From assembly GCA_900770395.1 (NCBI GenBank), contig CAAGKM010000030.1, forward strand, positions 423,210 through 487,209: DNA of 64,000 bases, given 5' to 3'. Shown here one piece after another: positions 28,990-37,662 of the stretch; position 1 is the first letter of the stretch; each line of letters opens with the position of its first letter. A program made the position numbers and the translations under genes. Origin of the DNA: an uncultured Prevotella sp. Lineage in GTDB: Bacteria; Bacteroidota; Bacteroidia; Bacteroidales; Bacteroidaceae. A model generated the notes under the pieces. It ran no database searches. It had not been told where the DNA came from and saw only the letters and a list, made by a program, of their open reading frames with translations.

Positions 28990-29832
28990 TTATTCTGTTA
29001 CTGCCCGAACGGAATGACCGATATAGCGGCGGGTATTGCGGTTCCCGAATTGCTCTTTTGAATAGAAATAAAGATAATAAGCGAAATCAGAATCCGATGG
29101 ATATAATGTTCCCGTCCAATAGCAGCCGCGCTGTCTGACCTGATTGGATATTTTGTCACCTGTTCTCGATGCTCCTGCCGGGAAAAATATCGAGTTTCCG
29201 TTAGGACCTGTTGCCCTGCGTCCGTTTATACCATTCAACTCCGTCCATTCCCAAGTGCAGTTGTCAACCAATTCCTGCACCTCTTCCTGTGTAGGCATCC
29301 TCCAATTTTCGCCCCACTGCACGTAAGCAATATCGTATTCGGTGCCACAGATGTTTTCAGGAGGAGTATCTGAGGGATAATCATTGAAATCCGTAGTTTG
29401 TTTTTCTCCGGTCGGGTCTGCCCATCCATATAGTCCGCCGTATTCTTCAGGAGTTGCGGCTCCGATGTTCCAAGCAGCCCATTTTACGCTCAAACCTAAA
29501 TCCACGGCTTCGGCAATACTTACCGTATTGGCCTCAAATTGTGCTTGTAGGCTTACATCGTGAGCAGGCATTCTGAACGAGTATATAGATTCAGATGAAA
29601 CCATTTCTTCGGCTTCATACCATCCGGCAAATATATAGCCGTCATCTGCCGTAGCGGTCACGGTCACTTCTTCCTCCGGAATATAAGTTGACTTTTCCGT
29701 GGTTACCGTACCACCTTCTGTAGAGGAAATGGTAAGTGTGTAAGAAACCGGTTCATTAACATCATCACTACAAGAGCAGAGACAAAAAAGGACTACAAGT
29801 AATGCGAATATCGTTATCTTCAAATTTTTCAT
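28990..29832 (-). CDS. Lipoprotein with a Fibrobacter-succinogenes-major-paralogous (Fib_succ_major) domain
   Basis: Lipoprotein signal (…CLCSCSDD), …GENWRMPTQEEVQELV… and a C-terminal …YIGHSVRAVTE, matching the FISUMP pattern (GWRLPT…SVRCV). Confidence 0.65.
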   Translation of the reverse strand: MKNLKITIFALLVVLFCLCSCSDDVNEPVSYTLTISSTEGGTVTTEKSTYIPEEEVTVTATADDGYIFAGWYEAEEMVSSESIYSFRMPAHDVSLQAQFEANTVSIAEAVDLGLSVKWAAWNIGAATPEEYGGLYGWADPTGEKQTTDFNDYPSDTPPENICGTEYDIAYVQWGENWRMPTQEEVQELVDNCTWEWTELNGINGRRATGPNGNSIFFPAGASRTGDKISNQVRQRGCYWTGTLYPSDSDFAYYLYFYSKEQFGNRNTRRYIGHSVRAVTE

Positions 29833-29843
29833 CTTTGATTATT

Positions 29844-30857
29844 TTATTCATTAAACAACTCACGGGCATTCTCGGAAAAGAACCGCTCCGTGTATGGAGC
29901 CAACTCCTTGTCGGCGGCAAACTGTTCACGCATCCGTTTCAGATTCCCCTGCAACACATTGTCCGGCATATACGGATAATCCGAGCCGTAGAGAATATGT
30001 TCAGGAGTGGTGATGGTCAGCATCATCTTCACGATTTCAGGACTTGCACCTCCGGCAAGGTCATAATACAGACGCGAAAGGTTAGCCTCCCAGTCAATCT
30101 GCCCCATAAACCCTTTGGCAAGCATTGCCGGGTGAACGGCTTTCATACGGGGTATAGCCATAGGTAGAAATGATCCGCAATGCGGTACAACGACTTTGAC
30201 ATTGGGATTCTGCGCCAACACATTGCGAGAAATCATATTGATGACCGCACGGGTTGTTTCAGCCGGATATTCATAGACTGCAAGCGGAGCGGTGGCAATG
30301 ATACCGTCATTGACCGGAGTGGGCTTGTGCGGATGGATGATAATGACTGCATTTCTGTCGTTCAGCACCTTCATCAACGGGTCAAGCGCCTTGTCACCGA
30401 GATATTGCCCCCGGCTGTTTGTCGCCAGTTTCACTCCGTCCGCTCCCAATGTATCGAGCGCATAAACAGCTTCCTCTATGGCCGCATTGACATCCGGCAG
30501 GGGCAACGCAGCGCAGAACTTGAATTTCCCCGGATACTCCTTCTTCAAACGGGCGCAATACTCATTGTATTCACGGATAACCCGTCTGCTTTCCTCCGTA
30601 TCCCCAAACCACGGCTGAGGAGCGGGCATAGTCAGCACCGAACATTCTATCCCGGCATTCTGCATAAAAGCGATATGCGATTCCACATTCCAAGCCGGCA
30701 ACGGGAATGTCTCCTCCATTGCGGCATCGTGTTTTTCCAGCACAGCCATATATTCGGGCAGGATGTTATGGCAATGCACATCAATGGTCTGCCCGAATAC
30801 CGAAGGGCTGATGAAGAGAGCGGACATAGCCATTAGCAAAATCAGTTTTCTTCTCAT
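29844..30857 (-). CDS. Amidohydrolase-2 family (ACMSD-like metal-dependent hydrolase/decarboxylase), Sec signal
   Basis: Signal MRRKLILLMAMSALFISPSVFGQ. IDVHCHN… metal-binding start typical of the amidohydrolase_2 TIM barrel. Confidence 0.75.
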   Translation of the reverse strand: MRRKLILLMAMSALFISPSVFGQTIDVHCHNILPEYMAVLEKHDAAMEETFPLPAWNVESHIAFMQNAGIECSVLTMPAPQPWFGDTEESRRVIREYNEYCARLKKEYPGKFKFCAALPLPDVNAAIEEAVYALDTLGADGVKLATNSRGQYLGDKALDPLMKVLNDRNAVIIIHPHKPTPVNDGIIATAPLAVYEYPAETTRAVINMISRNVLAQNPNVKVVVPHCGSFLPMAIPRMKAVHPAMLAKGFMGQIDWEANLSRLYYDLAGGASPEIVKMMLTITTPEHILYGSDYPYMPDNVLQGNLKRMREQFAADKELAPYTERFFSENARELFNE

Positions 30858-30863
30858 ATCGGA

Positions 30864-31355
30864 TTATTTACCGCTGTTAATAGTTTCAAGCCACTCCGAA
30901 AACTGCCTTTCAGACAAAGGTCTGTTCAGCAATTTTCCGGAACACCAGTCTATTTCAGGATAGGCTTTGCGCAGATTTTTCTCACAGTTGGCAATGCCGC
31001 TGCCGCCCGAAGTGGCAAACGGTACCACTTTCTTACCTGCAAGGTTGTGGCTTTCAATGAACGTGTTGATGATAGTCGGTGCGATGTACCACCATACGGG
31101 GAAACCGATGAACACCACATCATACTTCTCCATACCGGACACCCGCCCAGCAATGGCAGGACGGGAAGTCACATCACGCATCTCCACGGAACTACGGCTC
31201 TGGCGATTATTCCAGTTCAAGTCTGCATCCGTGTAGGGTTGCTCCGGTACTATTTCATGTAAATCGGCGTTAGCCACGGCCGCCAGTTCACGGGCAGCCT
31301 CCCTTGTCGTACCGCTACAAGAGAAATAGGCGACCAATATTTTTTTACTACTCAT
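30864..31355 (-). CDS. Flavodoxin (Flavodoxin_4-like), cytoplasmic
   Basis: [20 protein letters not shown]…[11 protein letters not shown]…; the likely start is the internal MSSKK (the track ORF runs to 31394). Confidence 0.75.
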   Translation of the reverse strand: MSSKKILVAYFSCSGTTREAARELAAVANADLHEIVPEQPYTDADLNWNNRQSRSSVEMRDVTSRPAIAGRVSGMEKYDVVFIGFPVWWYIAPTIINTFIESHNLAGKKVVPFATSGGSGIANCEKNLRKAYPEIDWCSGKLLNRPLSERQFSEWLETINSGK

Positions 31356-31372
31356 GTCGTTCTTCTTTATAA

Positions 31373-32317
31373 TTACACCATAGGCATTTCCCAAGAGCCT
31401 CTTGTATCGACTCCGGTACTCTCTGCCGCATTTTCCAGAGTGTTCATCTCCTCCTCAGTCAGCGTCACCTTTATAGCTTCCAACGCATCCTGAACCTGAA
31501 CAGGCTTAGTCACGCCGATAATCGGGGTCGTGCCTTTGCCAATCGCCCAAGCCAAGGCAACCTGTGCCGGTGTGATGCCGTATTTCTCGCCGACAGTACG
31601 CATAACGGCAATGAGTTTTTCAATCTGAGGCAACAACGGATTATAGGTGTCACCACGTTGGCTTCCGGCAGGCAGCGGGTGGGCGGTGTCATATTTTCCG
31701 CTTAACGCGCCTTGCTCCAGCACCATGTAAGCCCAGAAGTCAATGCCGTTTTCCTTGCAATAGTCAAGGATGCCGGCTTTCTCCGATGAACGGTAAAGGA
31801 GGCTGAAGTGATTCTGCACTGCGGAGATATGCACACCCTCTTTGGAAAGGATTTCTTCAGCACGCTTGATCTGTGTAAGGTTGTGGTTGGAGACGCCTAC
31901 ACGTCTTACCTTGCCGCTTTTCACGAGGTCGGCGAGGAACGGAGTCCATTTCTCCACATCAGCAGGATTGTGAATCCAGTAAATGTCGATATAGTCTGTG
32001 CCGAATCGTTCGAGGCTGCCGTTGAGCATATCTTCCACGGGATTGGCAGACTCACCGGCAATCTGAGGAGTGAACTTCGTTGAGATAAGCACATCCTCGC
32101 GATTGCACTCTTTGGTAAATGCGGCGAGTACGTTTTCCGAAGCGCCCATGCCGTACACCACGGCTGAATCCCACAGGTTCAGCCCTCCGGCCATTGCCGC
32201 ATCGAATACGGGCTTCAGTTCATTCACGCCGAGGTTGTTCCCGAATACCTGATCGCCTCCGGCGAATCCTGCGCCCCACGACCATGTGCCTAATGCTATT
32301 GACGGTTGATTTTTCAT
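31373..32317 (-). CDS. Aldo/keto reductase
   Basis: LGTWSWG…, conserved AKR catalytic tetrad context, [12 protein letters not shown]. Confidence 0.9.
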   Translation of the reverse strand: MKNQPSIALGTWSWGAGFAGGDQVFGNNLGVNELKPVFDAAMAGGLNLWDSAVVYGMGASENVLAAFTKECNREDVLISTKFTPQIAGESANPVEDMLNGSLERFGTDYIDIYWIHNPADVEKWTPFLADLVKSGKVRRVGVSNHNLTQIKRAEEILSKEGVHISAVQNHFSLLYRSSEKAGILDYCKENGIDFWAYMVLEQGALSGKYDTAHPLPAGSQRGDTYNPLLPQIEKLIAVMRTVGEKYGITPAQVALAWAIGKGTTPIIGVTKPVQVQDALEAIKVTLTEEEMNTLENAAESTGVDTRGSWEMPMV

Positions 32318-32363
32318 TTTTGTTTCTCCTTATTGATTTTATTGTTATTCTGATTTTGATTGT

Positions 32364-33002
32364 TTAACGTATGAAATTCGTCATAGTATGCTGTTCATGC
32401 ACCGGGAACTCTATGCCGTGTTCACGCCCTGTTGCGATGCACTTCAGCAACCATGCCATGTTTCTTGCAAGTGTGCGCATGGTCTGTAGCCCCTCAACAT
32501 CCCGGCGGATTTCATCCGGTGTATTCCCGTGGACTACGTTCCAGTATTGCGACGGTACGATAGGCATATTGCAGTCGGTCATATATTTGTTCATCTGATC
32601 AAGTGCAGCCGTTGCACCGCTACGGCGACAAGTTGCTATTGCAGCGGCAGGTTTCCCGGCAAAGTGGTCGCCATTGTACTCGTCAATCAGAAACACCCTG
32701 TCAAGGAACGAGGTCACGGCACCGCTTGCAGCCGCATAGTGTACGGGAGTGCCGAACACGAAACCGTCATACTCATCCATTATCTTCACGAACTCGTTGA
32801 CTTTGTCGTTTCGGAAGCAGCTACGCTTACCCACGCACGCCCCACAGCCGATACATCCGGCTAACGGCTGATTGCCAACCCAGAATATCGTCGATTCGAT
32901 TCCCTCGCTTTTGAGCGTGTCGGCAATTTCCGACAAAGCGGTGTGAACACATCCGTCCTTGTGAGGGCTTCCGTTTACCAATAATACTTTCAATGTGTTC
33001 AT
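32364..33002 (-). CDS. Flavodoxin-like NAD(P)H-dependent FMN reductase / iron-sulfur flavoprotein
   Basis: KVLLVNGSPHKDGCVHTAL… with a Cys cluster (CIGCGACVGKRSC) and FGTPVHYAAASG. Confidence 0.75.
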   Translation of the reverse strand: MNTLKVLLVNGSPHKDGCVHTALSEIADTLKSEGIESTIFWVGNQPLAGCIGCGACVGKRSCFRNDKVNEFVKIMDEYDGFVFGTPVHYAAASGAVTSFLDRVFLIDEYNGDHFAGKPAAAIATCRRSGATAALDQMNKYMTDCNMPIVPSQYWNVVHGNTPDEIRRDVEGLQTMRTLARNMAWLLKCIATGREHGIEFPVHEQHTMTNFIR

Positions 33003-33015
33003 ATTCTTGGCCTTG

Positions 33016-33204
33016 TCATTTGTTCATATCAGGCAGGAGGACACCTCCGACTCCCACGTTCTCAGGTTCGTTCTCCTTGATGAAGACGAAGATTACATTT
33101 TCGGGAAGCCCGGTAATGCGTGATGTCGATTCAGTGACTTCTTTGACCAACTGAGCTTTCTTCTCCTTGCTCATCTTGACCAGTTCCATTGTTATTGAAG
33201 GCAT
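33016..33204 (-). CDS. 4-oxalocrotonate tautomerase family protein
   Basis: 62 aa beginning MPSITMELVKMSKEKKAQLVKEVT (Pro1 catalytic residue). Confidence 0.7.
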   Translation of the reverse strand: MPSITMELVKMSKEKKAQLVKEVTESTSRITGLPENVIFVFIKENEPENVGVGGVLLPDMNK

Positions 33205-33238
33205 GATATTTTCTTTTTTTCAGGTTAAACGATTTGTG

Positions 33239-33802
33239 TTACAGGTTCTCTTCACGGAATTTCTTGCCGAATGAAGTGCATTTGCCTATCATCTCGCCGG
33301 TACGCAGGTAAGAATAGGTGGGCATCTCGAAGAGGACGGGCTTCAGTTTGTTGTAGTCCACCTTACCGGCCTCGTTGAGCATATCTTCCTCGACGTATGT
33401 GTTGGATATCTTGCAGATGAAGTTGTCGAAAGTCTCCGTTTCATAGTTCTCCACGGCTTCACACTCCATAATCAAAGGGCTGTCCTCTATTACGGGAGTG
33501 CCGGCTTCTCCGGGATGCCATGCGAAAACCTGCGACTTGTCAACTTTTGCACCGCTTGTAATACCTACATAGTCAGCACGGGGAAGCAGAGCTTCATCAA
33601 CAATGTTCACGGAAAGATGCCCGGTCATTCTAACACCAAGGTTCGTGTGATGTGCTTTGTGCAGACTGACAAGAATGCGATCGTGCCCGATGATGCCTAT
33701 ATGACCGGCAAGCAACCAGGTCGGCTTGTCATCTATCATTGTCCCCACAACAACTGCCGGTGTGGGATAAAGGGCTAATACAGATCCGATGTTCTTTTTC
33801 AT
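33239..33802 (-). CDS. Flavin reductase-like (FMN-binding split-barrel) protein
   Basis: …LALYPTPAVVVGT… and the split-barrel pattern. Probable start MKKNIG at 33802; the track ORF extends to 33841. Confidence 0.7.
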   Translation of the reverse strand: MKKNIGSVLALYPTPAVVVGTMIDDKPTWLLAGHIGIIGHDRILVSLHKAHHTNLGVRMTGHLSVNIVDEALLPRADYVGITSGAKVDKSQVFAWHPGEAGTPVIEDSPLIMECEAVENYETETFDNFICKISNTYVEEDMLNEAGKVDYNKLKPVLFEMPTYSYLRTGEMIGKCTSFGKKFREENL

Positions 33803-33921
33803 TTTTCTTGAAGTATTATGCTGTTTATAAATCTGTTGCAAAGATAGCGTGCTTGCTGCAAATAGACTGTATCCGTATTACGGACGATAGTAACTGCATT
33901 ACGGTATCTTCTGCGCGTGTG

Positions 33922-34410
33922 TTATTTTACCGCTTCGGAATATTCCTCATCCGTTACAGGATTGAGCCAGGTATTCTTGTTGGTCTGCGGATTACATTCG
34001 ATAGCCAGATGTGAGAACCAGCTGTCGGGAGTCGCCCCGTGCCAATGCACTACGTCAGGTGCTATTTCGACCACATCACCGGCTTTAAGCCGTCTTGCGG
34101 GCTTGCCCTTTTCCTGATAATAACCCTCGCCACCGACACATACAAGAATCTGTCCGCCTGTATGACTGTGCCAGTTGTTGCGGCATCTCGGCTCGAACGT
34201 CACATTCGATACAGGCACATTCAGTTCCTTCATAGAAGTCAGCGGGGCCAGCCATGAGCGGCCGCTGAAATATTGCTCGTATGCGACATTCGGTTTGCCT
34301 GTGGGGAATGCGCTGATTTCCGGTACTTCTGTTTCCATATTCTTATTGCTGTTACAGCCGGCAGCCAGTATAACAATCGCTGCGGAGGCCAATAGTTTTG
34401 AGATTCTCAT
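33922..34410 (-). CDS. Cupin-domain lipoprotein
   Basis: Lipoprotein signal (…ILAAGCNS); cupin motifs (HSHTGGQILVCVGGEG…HWHGA). Confidence 0.7.
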   Translation of the reverse strand: MRISKLLASAAIVILAAGCNSNKNMETEVPEISAFPTGKPNVAYEQYFSGRSWLAPLTSMKELNVPVSNVTFEPRCRNNWHSHTGGQILVCVGGEGYYQEKGKPARRLKAGDVVEIAPDVVHWHGATPDSWFSHLAIECNPQTNKNTWLNPVTDEEYSEAVK

Positions 34411-34435
34411 ATTGTGAGTTGATGTGTTAATTCAA

Positions 34436-35239
34436 TTAGCGGTTTATCATTATTTTCTTTGATACCGTATGTGTGCCGGAACTGACCTGCGCCAGATAGA
34501 TGCCTGATGTAAGTGCGGAGGTTTCAATTAAGTTTCGGGATGATTCCAACACCTTGCTGCCGGAAAGGTTGTAGAGCGCAACTCTATCAAACTCACCATC
34601 TATATAAATCGTGCCGGATGCGACATTGATATTCACGTCTTTGTCACTCACAACAGATTCTACGGCACTTGCAAGCGTATTGTAGTCAATCTGCTCCAAC
34701 CAGTTGGCAATTAAAGAATGACTGTTGGATGTTTGAGCGGAACGAATCCAAAGACTTGGTGTTACGAAGTCTCCATTCGGTATAAGACGGTGTGCATCGG
34801 CTTCCACTCCGCTTATCCCACTGCTCGCGCTCGAAACGATAAGTCCTATTTTCTTGCCTGCCATTTTTGCCCCGTTATGGAAAAGGAATGTCTGCATCGG
34901 CGCGGCCATATTGCTCCACCATAACGGTGCGGCCACAATTACCATATCATACTCATCGAAATTCACATCCACCGGCTTGATTCTGGGATAGGAAGCCGCA
35001 TCATCGGGATTGTTGCGGATCGCCGAGATTAACGCGCTGCCAATGGCATAATTGTTGGCGGCATAGTCCAGCCCTTCTTCCGAGGGTTCTATTCTGACCA
35101 TATCCGCTCCCGTCTGCGCCTGCAAATCGGTCGCGATGGTGTGGACATTGTTTGTAAAGCTGTAGTAAACTATCAGCGTTTTCGCGTTGATGGTGATTGC
35201 TGTAAGTGCAACGACCAATGTCAGGATTAACTTTTTCAT
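34436..35239 (-). CDS. Exported flavodoxin-like (Flavodoxin_4) protein with a T9SS C-terminal sorting domain
   Basis: Sec signal (MKKLILTLVVALTAITINA). Flavodoxin_4-like core (TLIVYYS…VIVAAPLWWSNM…), paralogous to 30864-31355. C-terminal about 75 aa (…VALYNLSGSKVLE…GIYLAQVSSGTHTVSKKIMINR) looks like a T9SS type-A CTD. Confidence 0.65.
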   Translation of the reverse strand: MKKLILTLVVALTAITINAKTLIVYYSFTNNVHTIATDLQAQTGADMVRIEPSEEGLDYAANNYAIGSALISAIRNNPDDAASYPRIKPVDVNFDEYDMVIVAAPLWWSNMAAPMQTFLFHNGAKMAGKKIGLIVSSASSGISGVEADAHRLIPNGDFVTPSLWIRSAQTSNSHSLIANWLEQIDYNTLASAVESVVSDKDVNINVASGTIYIDGEFDRVALYNLSGSKVLESSRNLIETSALTSGIYLAQVSSGTHTVSKKIMINR

Positions 35240-35481
35240 TTTCGTAAACCTTTTTAATGTTGATACTTATTTTTCTGGTGCAAAGGTAAGGGACTTTATT
35301 GGTAATGGCTGTATCTGCATTACGGACAAGAGTGATTATATTACGGAATGTTATCGTCATACACAAATCTCTTACAACCAAGCGTGTATGCCATATATGA
35401 AATTTGTACGAATCTTACGGATATTTGTAACTGTATTACGGATTTCATACTCTGCCATGCGTAATTCCCATCTAAAATAGC

Positions 35482-35489
35482 TACCTTTG
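35482..35489 (+). promoter_or_regulatory. -7 box TACCTTTG for the AraC regulator (divergent from the cargo operon)
   Basis: TAnnTTTG, 24 bp before the ATG at 35513. Confidence 0.45.
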
Positions 35490-35512
35490 CACAAAAAAAT
35501 TGAAATGCTTTT

Positions 35513-36412
35513 ATGAAAGAGGTAATAAAGGTCAGCACAATCGACCAATATAATAAGCTGTTCGGGCTGGAAACCTTGCATCCGTTGGTTTCCGTTGTCG
35601 ATTTGTCGAAAGCCCCGATATGGCCGGATCATTTTCGCTTCAATTATGGGGTATATTGCATCTATCTGAAAGATGCGAAATGCGGAACTATCCGATACGG
35701 ACGGCAGAACTACGATTATCAGGAAGGTAGCATTGTCGCCTTTGCTCCTGGACAAATCGCCAATGTCGATATGGAGCGGGGTATGAAACCGTCGGGTCTG
35801 GGCGTACTATTCCACCCGGATTTACTTCGTGGGACACCGCTTGGCAGAGAAATCGACAGGTATTCGTTCTTCTCATACGATGTGAACGAGGCACTGCACG
35901 TTTCGGAAAGAGAAAGGAAAATCCTCGTGGACTGTATTGACAAAATCGCTTATGAAATGGAACATTCGATAGACCAGCATAGCAAGCGGTTGATTGCAAC
36001 AAATATCGAATTGTTCCTTGACTACTGTATGCGGTTTTATGACCGCCAGTTCATCACGCGCTCAGAAGTTCACCACGATGTACTTGTGAAATTTGAGCGG
36101 CTGTTGGACGAGTATTTCAAAAACGAGCATTTACGCAAAAACGGTTTACCGCAAGTGCGATACTTTGCCGATAAAGTATGTCTTTCACCTAATTATTTCG
36201 GAGACCTTATAAAGAAAGAAACCGGCATGACCGCTCAGGAATATATTCAAAACAAGATAATCAATGTTTCCAAAGACTGGGTCGCAAACACTAATTTGAC
36301 CGTCAGTCAGATAGCATACGAACTTGGATTCCAGTACTCCCAACATTTCAGCCGTGTCTTTAAGAAAAGCGTGGGATGCACGCCTTTGGAGTATAGGAGA
36401 GCACAGGCATAG
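35513..36412 (+). CDS. AraC-family transcriptional regulator
   Basis: C-terminal double HTH (…QIAYELGFQYSQHFSRVFKKSVGCTPLEYRR) and an N-terminal cupin-like ligand domain. Confidence 0.9.
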   Translation: MKEVIKVSTIDQYNKLFGLETLHPLVSVVDLSKAPIWPDHFRFNYGVYCIYLKDAKCGTIRYGRQNYDYQEGSIVAFAPGQIANVDMERGMKPSGLGVLFHPDLLRGTPLGREIDRYSFFSYDVNEALHVSERERKILVDCIDKIAYEMEHSIDQHSKRLIATNIELFLDYCMRFYDRQFITRSEVHHDVLVKFERLLDEYFKNEHLRKNGLPQVRYFADKVCLSPNYFGDLIKKETGMTAQEYIQNKIINVSKDWVANTNLTVSQIAYELGFQYSQHFSRVFKKSVGCTPLEYRRAQA

Positions 36413-36420
36413 GGGAACTA

Positions 36421-36457
36421 AAGGAGGATGTGTTTTCATTTGCACATCCTCCTTTTA
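36421..36457 (+). terminator. Rho-independent terminator after the AraC gene
   Basis: Perfect 12-bp stem AAGGAGGATGTG / CACATCCTCCTT with a 10-nt loop, followed by TTTTAT. Confidence 0.55.
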
Positions 36458-36610
36458 TATCACATATTCATTCCCTTTGGTCGGTTCTCAACACTGTAAT
36501 TGTAGGTCTGCAGTTGTCTATAACATAATTAGATCCAACCATTTTAATTGCTATAAAGTTTTCAAGTCATTAATCTCGTTGTCACATCACAGTTTATATT
36601 TTCCTATTTT

Positions 36611-36633
36611 TTTGTTGCGAATTTGTTGCGCTA
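36611..36633. repeat. Right copy of the imperfect direct repeat (candidate attR core)
   Basis: TTTGTTGCGAATTTGTTGCGCTA; see 19483-19505. Confidence 0.3.
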
Positions 36634-36831
36634 CAATTCTTTAATTCTGTAATATAACTGAATATCAATACATTGTGATTTATACAAAATCAATGATATT
36701 GAACTTCAAACTCCGATAGAATATGTCGTAGGTTATATTTGTAAAAACATCTCATTAACAGATATGCCTGTTAAAGACATCTTACACGAGCTTTATTCCA
36801 ACAAAATCACAGAAGATGAAGCACCGGAATT

Positions 36832-37227
36832 ATGAAACTGACCGATAAACTATTCTGGAATTGGCGCACACTTATCGTAGTGTTGATTATCTCACTACTG
36901 ATTGCGATTGTCGTGTTTTTCAAAAGATGTATGATAACTGATACTGCTGATATAGAGCGTGTGGGAAATGAAATTATCGTAATGATTGATGATTTTCAAA
37001 AAATGAATAACAGGCTACCAATCGGACTTAATGAGATAGGAACTCCTTTCGAGGAAATTAATGAGACCTATGAATACAAGGGCTATATTTTCTATTACGA
37101 ACCGAGAAAAGACGGCTTTTATTGGCTGACCGTCACATTCGGTCCGGATGAGAATTATTGTTACAATTCTAAAAATAAGTCTTGGATATGGGGTTGTGAT
37201 TCTGATAGAGTAGACGCGTACAAATAG
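36832..37227 (+). CDS. Hypothetical N-terminally anchored protein (131 aa)
   Basis: AT-rich gene with an N-terminal TM helix (LIVVLIISLLIAIVVFF); its first 27 bp are duplicated at 37253. Confidence 0.4.
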   Translation: MKLTDKLFWNWRTLIVVLIISLLIAIVVFFKRCMITDTADIERVGNEIIVMIDDFQKMNNRLPIGLNEIGTPFEEINETYEYKGYIFYYEPRKDGFYWLTVTFGPDENYCYNSKNKSWIWGCDSDRVDAYK

Positions 37228-37662
37228 TATTTTCTTGAAAATGATTCTGGTGATGAGACTGACCGATAAACGATTTCGGATATATGAGAGTTGTAACGAG
37301 ATTATAGGCTGATTCCACCTCGTCCTTTCTCAATCTTTCAGTCATACCGACCTTCCGCGACATCGCTAACCTCATTGAGTGTGTGGCGATGTTTTATTTC
37401 ATCAAAGGACTGTCGGTGTTCCGCATAGTCACAGAGCCATGTGCCGACCGCTTTCTGCTGCTCGGTGGTCTCGCCGTAGCTCTGCATAACACTCTTGATG
37501 TCGGCGGCTTCGGAGGGAGAGAAAATTGACTTGTGCTGTGATTCCCCACCGCTCCTTACACACCTCGCAGAAATGTTGCAACTGTTCCATAGTGGTATCA
37601 TCCTTGAATAGATTCTTTTATGCAGGCACACTGTATAAAAAAGCGATATGCAGAGTCTGTAA

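Larger units (their letters stand above)
19483..36633. mobile_element. Putative integrated mobilizable element (about 17.2 kb, NBU/MTn-like): 2 integrases, Xis, candidate oriT, mobA-relaxase, AraC plus a 9-gene redox cargo operon
   Basis: Tandem tyrosine recombinases at one end, the Xis-like gene, a relaxase pair with a candidate oriT, a cargo block, flanking 21-23 bp imperfect direct repeats, and AT-rich junction DNA on both sides. Confidence 0.55.
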
